This document shows positions 10,215 through 19,016 of a DNA stretch of 64,000 nucleotides, piece after piece. The stretch lies in the NCBI GenBank assembly GCA_965204735.1, contig OZ242008.1:2976001-3040000 (forward strand). Direction: 5' to 3'. The translations under genes and the position numbers were made by a program. Each line of letters begins with the position of its first letter. Positions within the stretch are counted from its first letter, which is position 1. The notes under the pieces were generated by a model. It saw nothing but the letters and a program-made list of their open reading frames with translations, did no database searches and was not told where the DNA came from. The stretch comes from Longimicrobiales bacterium (GTDB taxonomy: Bacteria > Gemmatimonadota > Gemmatimonadetes > Longimicrobiales > Gaopeijiaceae).

Positions 10215-11549
10215 TCAGTTCAGGATCACTTGGCTGCGGCGGGTTCCCACCGAAACCATTGCGATGGGAGCGCCGGCCAGCTCCTCGATGCGGTCCAGGT
10301 AGGCGCGGGCGTTGGGCGGAAGGTCCGCTCGGCGACGAGCGCCGCTGGTGGGCGACAGCCATCCCGGCAAGGTCTCGTACACCGGCTCGGCGCGGTCCAG
10401 GTCGGCGGCGACCGGCGGGAAGGCGTTGCTGGCCCGACCGTCCAGACGGTATCCGGTGGCGATCTTCAGCCGCGGAAGCGTGTCCAGCACGTCCAGCTTG
10501 GTGACGGCGATCCCCGTCAGTCCGTTGACCCGCGCCGCGTAGCGCGCCACCACCGCGTCGAACCAGCCGCAGCGGCGGGGCCGGCCGGTCGTCGCTCCGA
10601 ACTCGGCGCCCAGGCGGCGGACGCGGGCGTCCATCTCGTCGTCGAAGGCCGTCGGGAGCGGACCGTTGCCGACCCGAGTGGCGTACGCCTTGACGACTCC
10701 GATCACCGCGCCGACCGATGTCGGTCCGATCCCGACCCCGGCGGCGGCGGCACCGGCGGTCGTGCTGGACGACGTGACGAACGGGTAGGTGCCGTGGTCC
10801 ACGTCCAGCGCCGTGCCCTGAGCGCCTTCCAGCAGGACCTCCTTGCCGGCAGCCAATGCGTCGGCGATCTCGTCCCCCACGTCGGTCGCGACCTCCGCCA
10901 AGCGCTCCCGGATCGTGCCGGGACCGCCCTGCGCGCCGTCCGCCCGAACCAGCTCCGGGTCGGCTCCCAGCGCGCGCAGCCGGCTTCGCGCCCACTCCGC
11001 GCTGGCCGCCACCGCCTCGCGCGCCCGTCGTGGGTCCAGCAGGTCGCCCACCCGCACGCCCCGCCGCCCGGCCTTGTCCTCGTAGGCGGGACCGATCCCG
11101 CGCCCCGTGGTGCCGATCTTGCAGCCCGCGACCCGCTCCGCCTCTTCGTCCAGCACCTTGTGGTGGGGCAGGACCACGTGGGCGCGCGCGCTCACGCCGA
11201 TCCGGCCCCGAGGGTCCACGCCGCGCTCCGCCAAGCTGTCGTACTCGGCAAAGAACTGCGCCAAGTCGACCACGACCCCGTTGCCCAGCAGGCACCGCTT
11301 GCCCGGATGGAGGATCCCCGACGGAATCTGGTGCAGCACGAACTCGCGGTCCCCCGTGTGGACGGTGTGTCCCGCGTTGGCGCCTCCCTGGTAGCGCGCC
11401 ACCACGTCGGCGTCCGCCGCCAGCACGTCCACGACCTTGCCCTTTCCCTCGTCGCCCCACTGGCAACCCACGACGACGGTGCACCCGCCGCCGGCCCCGG
11501 CCGCCCCGACGCCCCCCGTCGCCCGCCAGTCCCGGAGCGCTATGGACAT
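10215..11549 (-). CDS. purA: Adenylosuccinate synthetase
   Basis: QWGDEGKGK, RYQGGANAGHT, IGTTGRGIGP, GTYPFVTSS, TTGRPRRCGW motifs. Confidence 0.97.
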   Translation of the reverse strand: MSIALRDWRATGGVGAAGAGGGCTVVVGCQWGDEGKGKVVDVLAADADVVARYQGGANAGHTVHTGDREFVLHQIPSGILHPGKRCLLGNGVVVDLAQFFAEYDSLAERGVDPRGRIGVSARAHVVLPHHKVLDEEAERVAGCKIGTTGRGIGPAYEDKAGRRGVRVGDLLDPRRAREAVAASAEWARSRLRALGADPELVRADGAQGGPGTIRERLAEVATDVGDEIADALAAGKEVLLEGAQGTALDVDHGTYPFVTSSSTTAGAAAAGVGIGPTSVGAVIGVVKAYATRVGNGPLPTAFDDEMDARVRRLGAEFGATTGRPRRCGWFDAVVARYAARVNGLTGIAVTKLDVLDTLPRLKIATGYRLDGRASNAFPPVAADLDRAEPVYETLPGWLSPTSGARRRADLPPNARAYLDRIEELAGAPIAMVSVGTRRSQVILN

Positions 11550-12451
11550 GCACGCACGGGCTGAAGCAGGCCCGCCGCCGCCAGCAGCGCGGCCACCTCG
11601 TCCCGCCGACCCTCGGGCAACGCGCGCAAGGGCGGCCGCGGCGCCCCCCCGGCCCAGCCCAGCAGGTCCAGCGCGCACTTCACCCCGGCCACGCCCATCC
11701 CGCCGACCACCTTGTCGTGCAGAGGCGCGATCCGCTCCTGCATCGCTCCGGCCCCCGCCGCGTCCCCCGCCGCGAAGCGGGAGTGGACCAGCGCGGACTC
11801 CCGAGGCGCCAAGTTGGCCACGCCCAGGATGCCCCCGGCGGCGCCCGCCTCCAGCGCGGCGTAGAGGATGCTCCCGCTCCCCACCAGCACCTGAAAGCCC
11901 GGCCGGGCCACGGTCAGCAGCTCGCCCACCAGCTCGAGCTTGCCCCGGGAGTCCTTGATCCCGACGATCTTCTCGTGGACCGAGAGCTCGGCCACCAAGC
12001 CAGACGGAAAGTCCAGCGTCGCGAAGCGGGTCGGGACTTGGTAGACGATCACCGGCACGGGCGCGGCGTCCGCGACCGCCAAGTAGTGGTCCCGCACGAC
12101 GGCAGGAGTCATGGCGGGCCGGTAGAAGGCGGGCGGCTGCACCAGAAGGGCGTCGCAACCCAGGTCCGCCGCCTTCCGCGACAGGCGCACCGTGGCCCGC
12201 CGGGACTCGGCCCCGGCGCCCGCCACCAGGAGCAGCTCGTCGGGCGCCGTGTCCCGAACGGCCTCCCACGTGGCGCACCGCTCGTCCTCGTCCAGGAGGA
12301 CGGCCTCGCCCGTGGAGCCGCCGACCACGAAGCCGCGCACCCCCGTCGCCGACCACTTCTCGACGTTGGCCCGAAGGCCCGCCAAGTCCACTTCGCCGGT
12401 GGCCCGGTCGAAGGGAGTGACGACGGGGATCATGACGCCGCCGATGTTCAC
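11540..12451 (-). CDS. Dihydrodipicolinate synthase-family aldolase (HOGA-like)
   Basis: PVVTPF, GSTGE, GIKDS motifs; GTG start abuts the trpS stop. Confidence 0.9.
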   Translation of the reverse strand: MNIGGVMIPVVTPFDRATGEVDLAGLRANVEKWSATGVRGFVVGGSTGEAVLLDEDERCATWEAVRDTAPDELLLVAGAGAESRRATVRLSRKAADLGCDALLVQPPAFYRPAMTPAVVRDHYLAVADAAPVPVIVYQVPTRFATLDFPSGLVAELSVHEKIVGIKDSRGKLELVGELLTVARPGFQVLVGSGSILYAALEAGAAGGILGVANLAPRESALVHSRFAAGDAAGAGAMQERIAPLHDKVVGGMGVAGVKCALDLLGWAGGAPRPPLRALPEGRRDEVAALLAAAGLLQPVRACP

Positions 12452-13584
12452 TAGACAAGCTCCGGAGTGGGTCCAGGGGGCAGCATTCCGGTCTTCTCCC
12501 GCACGAGGGCCAGGGTCTCTCCCGCCATGGCTCTGGCCCGCCCAGCCATTGCGTGGATCACTTCGTCCAAGTCCTTCTCCCGTCGCAGGACGGCCGCCCG
12601 GCGCTCGCGCATCTCGCTGGTCAGGGCCACGAGCGCGTCGGCGGTCCGGCCCTTGAGGTCGACGTAGCGGAGGGCGCCTGCGAAGTAGTCCCGCCGCATC
12701 TGGTCCGCGTCGTCCTGGAAGCCGCACGCCCCCAGGATCGCCAGCAGGTTCTCGACCCCGGGGCTCGCCTGGCCGCCGGCGGCAGGAGCGCCCGAATCGG
12801 TCACAGCCGACCGTATCTTGCGGCGCACCGATTCCTCCTCCTCGAAGAGTCCGACGTAGTGCTTCGGTCCCAGGCTCTTGCTCATCTTCTTGGTCGGGTC
12901 CGCGGGCGACAGCAGCTTGGGGACCGGAGTGTGAAGGGTCTCGGGCTCGGGAAAGACCCGGCCGAAGCGGGCGTTGAAGCGCCGCGCCAGTCCCCGGCTC
13001 ATCTCGAGGTGCTGGGACTGGTCGCGGCCCACCGGCACGCAGTCGGCCCTGTAGGCCAAGATGTCCGCCGCCTGCAGGACCGGGTAGAAGAGCAGGCCCG
13101 CCGGCACGAAACTCCCGTCGTCGTGGCTCGCCCCGCCGCCGTCGTCGCGGCGCCTCGAGCCGGGGCCGTCGTCGTCGCCGGGCCGCCCGCCCGCCCGCCC
13201 ATTGCGCCGCCCGCCGCCCTCGCCGCCTCGCAGCAGGCTCGACTTCTCCTTGAACTGGGTCATCCGTCCCAGGTCGCCCGCCGAAGCCAGCGTCGCCAGC
13301 ACCCAGCACAGCTCCGTGTGCTCCGGCACAGTGGACTGGACGAAGACGGTGGCGCGCTCCGGATCGACCCCGCACGCCAGCAGTGCCGCGAACATGTCCT
13401 TGGTGGAGTGCCGCAGCTCCCGCGGGTCGTATGCGACCGTCATCGCGTGCAGGTCCACCACGCAGTAGACGGCCTCGCATTCGTCCTGGAGGCGGACCCA
13501 GTTCTTCACGGCGCCGAAGTAGTTGCCGATCGTCATCACGGCCGTCGGCTGGATGCCGGAGAATACGCGCTTGGGCGTTGCCAT
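12451..13584 (-). CDS. trpS: Tryptophanyl-tRNA synthetase
   Basis: FSGIQPT, TIGN, YPVLQAADIL, VPVGRDQ, KMSKS. Confidence 0.96.
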   Translation of the reverse strand: MATPKRVFSGIQPTAVMTIGNYFGAVKNWVRLQDECEAVYCVVDLHAMTVAYDPRELRHSTKDMFAALLACGVDPERATVFVQSTVPEHTELCWVLATLASAGDLGRMTQFKEKSSLLRGGEGGGRRNGRAGGRPGDDDGPGSRRRDDGGGASHDDGSFVPAGLLFYPVLQAADILAYRADCVPVGRDQSQHLEMSRGLARRFNARFGRVFPEPETLHTPVPKLLSPADPTKKMSKSLGPKHYVGLFEEEESVRRKIRSAVTDSGAPAAGGQASPGVENLLAILGACGFQDDADQMRRDYFAGALRYVDLKGRTADALVALTSEMRERRAAVLRREKDLDEVIHAMAGRARAMAGETLALVREKTGMLPPGPTPELV

Positions 13585-13796
13585 GGCTGAGTGGGGCGCT
13601 CTTGCGGGACTGTGCGGATTGCGGGCTGGGCCCCGGAGCGGAGCGGAGGAAGGGAGGGCGTCTGGGCCGGGAGCGACGCTGCCGCCGGCGACGCCGCCTT
13701 TAATGTAGCGAGTCTTCCGTCTGTTCCGACGGCAGCGCCCGGCAAGCGAGCGGCCGGCGCAGGAGACGGGTCGCCGACCGCTCGCAAGGGCCGTGC

Positions 13797-14288
13797 TCAG
13801 GCCGGGTCGTTCACCCGCGACTGGTCGTCGTCGAGGTCGTCGTCCGCTTCCGGCTGCACGGGACACGCCGCGCGCCAGCTGCCCGGCGCCTGGCTCGGAT
13901 GGTAGAGGACGAAGACGCCCCCGTTGCGGCAGGCGTCGTGCCGAAGCGCGCGGGCCATGCACCGCCGGAAGGCGTCCAGCTCGAGGCGGTTCGTCGCGTC
14001 CTCGACCGCGCAGACGGCCGCGCTCCCCTCGGGATCGTCCTGGGGCCTCGCGCCCTCGCCCAGGTCCTGGATCCTGTAGGACCGGTCGCTGCCGGCGAAG
14101 ACGACCTGGACCGGGCCGCCCTTCGACTCGGCGGCGGCGAAGATCGTCGTCCAGGGGTTGGTGGTCTCGGTGAGCTCGCGGGGCTCGTCCGCGAGCTTGG
14201 TGGGCGCGGCGTCGTCGTCGCAGGCGACGGCCACGAGGGCCAGCGCCAGCGTGGCGAAGGCCGCCCTGATGGATGCGGCTGCTTTCAT
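13797..14288 (-). CDS. Hypothetical lipoprotein
   Basis: MK...LALALVAVA-C lipobox; Cys-containing 163-aa product. Confidence 0.7.
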   Translation of the reverse strand: MKAAASIRAAFATLALALVAVACDDDAAPTKLADEPRELTETTNPWTTIFAAAESKGGPVQVVFAGSDRSYRIQDLGEGARPQDDPEGSAAVCAVEDATNRLELDAFRRCMARALRHDACRNGGVFVLYHPSQAPGSWRAACPVQPEADDDLDDDQSRVNDPA

Positions 14289-14385
14289 GATTGCTCCTCG
14301 CGATCGGTCCCGACCGCTGCGGCTCGCCGTCGGTGGCGCGCCCGCGTCCGGGTCTGTACCGATCCAATACACCGGGATTCCGAAA

Positions 14386-14462
14386 GGGTTCCATCGGGGT
14401 CCGTGAAGGGTTCCATCGAGTCGGAGCAAGGGGTTCCATCGGGTCGGAGCGGGGGTCCTTCG
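14386..14462. repeat. Direct repeats GGGTTCCATCG x3 (+1 degenerate), 22-23 bp period, in a divergent intergenic region
   Basis: Copies at 14386, 14408, 14431 and a degenerate copy at ~14453. Confidence 0.75.
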
Positions 14463-14490
14463 CAGGCGCCGGCCGGCTACATTTCCCAGC

Positions 14491-15381
14491 ATGGCTTCCT
14501 GCGTGGCGACCACGACCGACTTGCTGGCGACCGCCGAGGACGCGGCCCGAGCGGCGACGGAGGTCCACCGGGACGCGGCGCGCGACCGGAGTCGGCTGCG
14601 GGTGGGCTCGAAGACCGGCCACAGCGACTTCGTGTCGGAGGTGGACATGGCGGCCCAGAGCGCGGCGCTGGCGGTGATCGGCGCGCGCCACCCGACTCAC
14701 GGGCTCATGGCGGAGGAGGACGGCGGCGCCAGGCCGGGCGCCCCGGGCAACGAGCGCCTCTGGCTGGTGGACCCGTTGGACGGCACCACCAACTTCCTCC
14801 ACGGACACCCGTTCTACTCTGCGTCGGTGGCAGTGTGGGACCGGGATGGACCATTGGCCGGCGCGGTCCGCGCCCATGCGCTGGGAAGGTCGTGGACCGC
14901 CGCGCGGGGCGAAGGCGCCTTCGAGAACGGCGAACCGATCCAGACCAGCCGCACGGAAGACTTGGCCGCCTTCCTGCTGGGCGCCGGGTTCCCCTTCAAG
15001 TTCCCGGCGCTGATCGAGCCGTTCCTGGCCGCCCTGGAGCAAGCTCTGCGCCGCACCTCCGGCGTTCGCCGAACGGGCGCGGCCTCGCTGGACTTCGCCT
15101 ACGTCGCCAGCGGCCGACTGGACGGCTATTGGGAGGACCGGCTGTGCGCCTGGGACTTCGGCGCGGGAGCCCTCCTCGTCACGGAGGCCGGCGGCGCGGT
15201 CGGCCGGATCGAAGGCGGCCCCCTCGCGGCGGCGCACGGCTCGGTCCTCGCGGCCAACTCGGCCCGGTCGCTGGAGCGGCTGCGGGAGCTGGTGGCGGGC
15301 CGGCCCCGGCCCCTTGGACCGGTCGAACCCCCGGAGTCGGCCGGGCCGATCCCGCTGGCGGGGCCGAAGCCCGCGGAGTAG
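14491..15381 (+). CDS. Inositol monophosphatase family protein (SuhB-like)
   Basis: WLVDPLDGTTNF, WDFGAG; start could be GTG 14503. Confidence 0.93.
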   Translation: MASCVATTTDLLATAEDAARAATEVHRDAARDRSRLRVGSKTGHSDFVSEVDMAAQSAALAVIGARHPTHGLMAEEDGGARPGAPGNERLWLVDPLDGTTNFLHGHPFYSASVAVWDRDGPLAGAVRAHALGRSWTAARGEGAFENGEPIQTSRTEDLAAFLLGAGFPFKFPALIEPFLAALEQALRRTSGVRRTGAASLDFAYVASGRLDGYWEDRLCAWDFGAGALLVTEAGGAVGRIEGGPLAAAHGSVLAANSARSLERLRELVAGRPRPLGPVEPPESAGPIPLAGPKPAE

Positions 15382-15390
15382 CCTGGGTCC

Positions 15391-15942
15391 ATGGCCTCTT
15401 CCCGGATGGTCCCACTCGGTTCCCCGGCGCCCGAGTTCGCGGCGGTTCACACGATCGAGTTCGCCGACACCGACGCTGCCGGACTCCTACACTTCTCCGC
15501 CTACTTCCGTCTGATGGAAGCCACCGAGCACGCCTTCTACAGGTCGCTGGGCGGCACCGGCTTCGCCGAGGACGGAGGGGCAAGGCGCGGAATGCCACGA
15601 GTTTCGGCCTCGTGCGACTTTCTGCGGCCCGTCCGCTTCGAGGACGAAGTGGAGGTGCTCTTGCGGGTGCGGAAGGCCGGCGAGCGAAAGGTCGGCTACG
15701 AGTTCGAGTTTCGGGTGCGCCCCGACCCGACGCCGGCGGCAACAGGGTCCATGATCGTCGTCCACGCGCAACGAAGCGGCGACGGGCGGTTCACGTCGGC
15801 GCCGCTGCCGCCGTTCCTGCGTGACGCCATCGCGCCTCACGGCGGGGACGACGCCGGTCCAGCAGCCCAAGCGACCGCAGCCGGCCAGGCCCCGCCCCCG
15901 TCCCCAGCCCAGTCAACCGCCTTGCCGGAGAACCCTCCATGA
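15391..15942 (+). CDS. Acyl-CoA thioesterase (4HBT/hotdog fold)
   Basis: EFADTDAAGLLHFSAYFR motif. Confidence 0.88.
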   Translation: MASSRMVPLGSPAPEFAAVHTIEFADTDAAGLLHFSAYFRLMEATEHAFYRSLGGTGFAEDGGARRGMPRVSASCDFLRPVRFEDEVEVLLRVRKAGERKVGYEFEFRVRPDPTPAATGSMIVVHAQRSGDGRFTSAPLPPFLRDAIAPHGGDDAGPAAQATAAGQAPPPSPAQSTALPENPP

Positions 15943-17219
15943 CGCCCGGAAACCGCTTCGCCCTCTTCGTTCGTTCCGTCGGCGGCGCCGGGGCCAGAGC
16001 CGTCGCGGCCGTTTCGGGCGCCGCGGCTGCATTGGCCGTTGCGGGCGCCGTGGCCTTCGCGGCCCTCTCCGTCCCCTTGGCGGGGGCTTCCGCCGCGCTG
16101 CTTCCCCAGGACGCGACGATCTCCCGGGCCGCCCCGGCCGACGCGGGCATGTCGGCGGCCGTGCTCGACGGCGGAGTCGGGCTCTACCGAGAGGCCGTGG
16201 ACCGGGGCGACCTGGTCGGCGCGGTGCTCCTGGTCGCCAAGGACGGGAAGGTCGTCCTCCACGAAGCGGTGGGGTGGCGCGACAAGGCCCGGCGACTCCC
16301 GATGGAACCCAACACCATGTTCCGCATGGCGTCCAACACGAAGCCGCCGGTGGCCACCGCGATCGCCATGCTGGTGGAGGACGGCAAGCTCCGATACGAC
16401 GACCTGGTGCGCGAGCACATGTCCAGCTGGGACAACTACCGGGCGGGCTTCGTCAACGTCGGCCACCTCCTTTCCCACTCGAGCGGCCTGCGGATACCCA
16501 CGCTCTTCCTTCAACCGTACATGGCGCCGTCCGCCGAGCATCCGGACGCTCCGACGCTCCAGCTGGAGGCTGCCCGCTTCGGCGCGGTCGGCGCCGAGGC
16601 GACGCCCGGAACCACGTACAGCTACAACAACCCGGGCTACAACACGCTGGGCGCCTTGGTGGAGATCGCGTCCGGCCAGCCGCTGGAGGAGTACCTGGAC
16701 GGGGAGTTGTACACGCCCCTGGGAATGCACGACAGCTACCACCACGAGGTGGCCGAGAAGTTGGACGGCAAGCTCGACCGGATGTCGGTCGTCTACTACC
16801 AGCGCGGCGACGACGGCGAGTGGGCGCCCGGCTGGACCCCGGGCGACCCTCCCCAGGTCCCCTTCGTCCGCGCCTCGGGCGGCATGATCTCGACCGCCCG
16901 CGACTACGCGGCCTTCTGCCAGATGTTCCTCAACGGCGGCGTCTACGACGGCAAGCGGATCGTCTCGGAGGAAGCGGTCGCGCTGACGACCTCGCCCAAG
17001 ATCAGGACGAACCCCGGCGCCGCGGGCGCGCCTTCCTACTACGGCTACGGCTGGTCCGTGTCGGAGGACGGCGTGTTCTCCCACTCGGGCTCCGACGGCA
17101 CGGCCGCCTTCGTGGACCCATCGCGCAATCTGATCGTGCTCGTGTTCACCCAGACCCCCCGGGGCGACAACCCCTTGGCCCGCTTCCGGGCGGTCGTGGA
17201 CGCGGCGATCGAGGGGTAG
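15939..17219 (+). CDS. Secreted serine hydrolase, beta-lactamase family
   Basis: FRMASNTK (SxxK), LLSHSSG, YSYNN, HSG; hydrophobic leader. Confidence 0.92.
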   Translation: MTPGNRFALFVRSVGGAGARAVAAVSGAAAALAVAGAVAFAALSVPLAGASAALLPQDATISRAAPADAGMSAAVLDGGVGLYREAVDRGDLVGAVLLVAKDGKVVLHEAVGWRDKARRLPMEPNTMFRMASNTKPPVATAIAMLVEDGKLRYDDLVREHMSSWDNYRAGFVNVGHLLSHSSGLRIPTLFLQPYMAPSAEHPDAPTLQLEAARFGAVGAEATPGTTYSYNNPGYNTLGALVEIASGQPLEEYLDGELYTPLGMHDSYHHEVAEKLDGKLDRMSVVYYQRGDDGEWAPGWTPGDPPQVPFVRASGGMISTARDYAAFCQMFLNGGVYDGKRIVSEEAVALTTSPKIRTNPGAAGAPSYYGYGWSVSEDGVFSHSGSDGTAAFVDPSRNLIVLVFTQTPRGDNPLARFRAVVDAAIEG

Positions 17220-17255
17220 GCTGCATCGTCCGAGTTCCTACTACGGCCGGCATCG

Positions 17256-17780
17256 TCAACGCTTCAAGCGCGGATAGCTTCGACACGTCTCCCGCAGGGA
17301 AGCAGGAGCCGGCTCGCGCAGCTTCTGGTCGACATGGCACATGCGGTACAGCGCATCGGCCAGCGGTCTGCAATCGTTTTCACGAGGCAACTTCGGGTAT
17401 CTCGTTCTCTCGTCGACGTCGGTGCCAGCGAGATACCCGAACCACGTCTCGATGTTCCGTCGCGGTACGACGAAGAGGAGTTTGTCCTCCTGCGTCGGTG
17501 GGGCGACGCTCTGCTCTCGGCATTCGCGGACGAGCTGGTTCCGGCGGTTCTCCGTTGGACCGGAATCGGCGTCGATCATCACCACAAGGAAGGCGTGCTG
17601 GCGCTTGCGCACCGCCGTCAACTGCGTCGGAAAGCTTTTCCTTACCCACTGTTCGCCCGAGCCGCTCCTCGGACAGTGCAACGAAGCGACTTGCCGAGAA
17701 GTAAAGTTGCGCTTGGACAGAAAACGACGCGCAAACACGCCCATTTGACGGTCCTCGCACAGCACGACAATGCGAATCAA
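17256..17780 (-). CDS. TOPRIM-like (DUF4276-type) partner of AAA ATPase
   Basis: IVVLCED, VMIDAD, RNIETWF; TTG start overlaps the ATPase stop. Confidence 0.65.
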   Translation of the reverse strand: MIRIVVLCEDRQMGVFARRFLSKRNFTSRQVASLHCPRSGSGEQWVRKSFPTQLTAVRKRQHAFLVVMIDADSGPTENRRNQLVRECREQSVAPPTQEDKLLFVVPRRNIETWFGYLAGTDVDERTRYPKLPRENDCRPLADALYRMCHVDQKLREPAPASLRETCRSYPRLKR

Positions 17781-18892
17781 GGCTTCCGGTCCCACCCCCG
17801 AGCGATCAACTCCGACACCAGCAATGCGTCGTTGGAGGCTTCGGGCTGGTCCCTTACCCGTACAGGACCGTCGCCGTCTCGATAGAACCACTTGGCGTTC
17901 CCGTCGGCCAAGTAGTCGATCGTGGCAGGGTGATGCGAGATGACGACAGCCTGTTCCAACGTCTCTCCCAGAGCTTCCGACACGCTTGCGGCCCACGGCC
18001 GTACTTCTGTCAATGAAAGGTAGTTGTCAGGTTCGTCTACAAACAACGACATCTTCCGGTCCCCGGCAAGGTAGAGCAGCGAATACAGCGCGATCAAAGA
18101 TCGTTGCCCGTCCGAAAGCTGATGGAATGCATACCGTCTCTGGTCTCTTCCACGGCCCGATTCGCCGAAGACAGCCCGCAGGGCGCGAGCTTTCTCGCCA
18201 GACACGGCGAGGACCAGGGCATCGAAGCCAGGCAGAATCTCGGCGAGTTCCCTGAACAACCTTGCGACCCCGCCCATGTTCTCCTGTGCGGTGTGCCTGT
18301 ACCACCCGACGAAGTTGCGCATGGTGGAGTCGAGAAACTCGTCTTCCGAACGACTCTCGGACTCGAAGAGCACCGGACATGGATTCACAATCACGACATT
18401 GGCGAGTTCGCGCTTGAAGCGCGACAGCTTCTTGTTGTCCGGCCGTTCATACAGATATCCCACCCCGGACTGCGTCCAGTCGAAGGGATAACGCGGTCCC
18501 TCCGTGTGGTCGTCGCGATACAGCTGGGCCTCGCCGGCTTCGAACTTGAACAGGGGCTGGCCGTTGCAAGCAAGAGTCTCCGCGTCGATTCGCATCTTCC
18601 CGAGATCCTGACGATGACCGATTGTTAGAGCGTACTGGTACTCGGCAGCGTCGAGCGTCAAGTCCAGGGCGATTGATTGTCGGCTGGCGGTTTGTTGCAG
18701 CGAGAGATCGTCTTGGGAAAACACCTCTTCCAGCTTTCTCTTGCCGACTACCAGCTGCTGAACCTTCCGCAGCACGTCGAAGACGGTGCTCTTTCCGGTG
18801 CCGTTGCCTCCCAGAAAGATGGACGCCTCGCCCAACGACACTTCGAAGTTCGTGAGGCAGCGGAAGTTGTCTACGTAGATTCGCGTGATCAC
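17777..18892 (-). CDS. AAA_21/ABC-type ATPase
   Basis: GGNGTGKS Walker A, LSDGQ signature, FVDEPD, SHH. Confidence 0.9.
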   Translation of the reverse strand: MITRIYVDNFRCLTNFEVSLGEASIFLGGNGTGKSTVFDVLRKVQQLVVGKRKLEEVFSQDDLSLQQTASRQSIALDLTLDAAEYQYALTIGHRQDLGKMRIDAETLACNGQPLFKFEAGEAQLYRDDHTEGPRYPFDWTQSGVGYLYERPDNKKLSRFKRELANVVIVNPCPVLFESESRSEDEFLDSTMRNFVGWYRHTAQENMGGVARLFRELAEILPGFDALVLAVSGEKARALRAVFGESGRGRDQRRYAFHQLSDGQRSLIALYSLLYLAGDRKMSLFVDEPDNYLSLTEVRPWAASVSEALGETLEQAVVISHHPATIDYLADGNAKWFYRDGDGPVRVRDQPEASNDALLVSELIARGWDRKP

Positions 18893-19016
18893 GGTTGCCG
18901 TCCTCGGATGCGTCGTTCCCTTGCTTCGACCAGCGGATTGAAGACCACACGGGACCAATGTGGAAGATGGGAGAAGCGGGAGCACAGCGCAAGGCCGCGA
19001 TTGTCGCCGACCGTGG

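Noticed and set aside
14386..14462. Possible mini-CRISPR
   Set aside because: Repeat and spacers are only ~11 bp and no cas genes are present
10215..15450. Long N-terminal extensions of the purA, DapA-family and trpS ORFs
   Set aside because: They overlap neighbouring genes in alternative stop-poor high-GC frames
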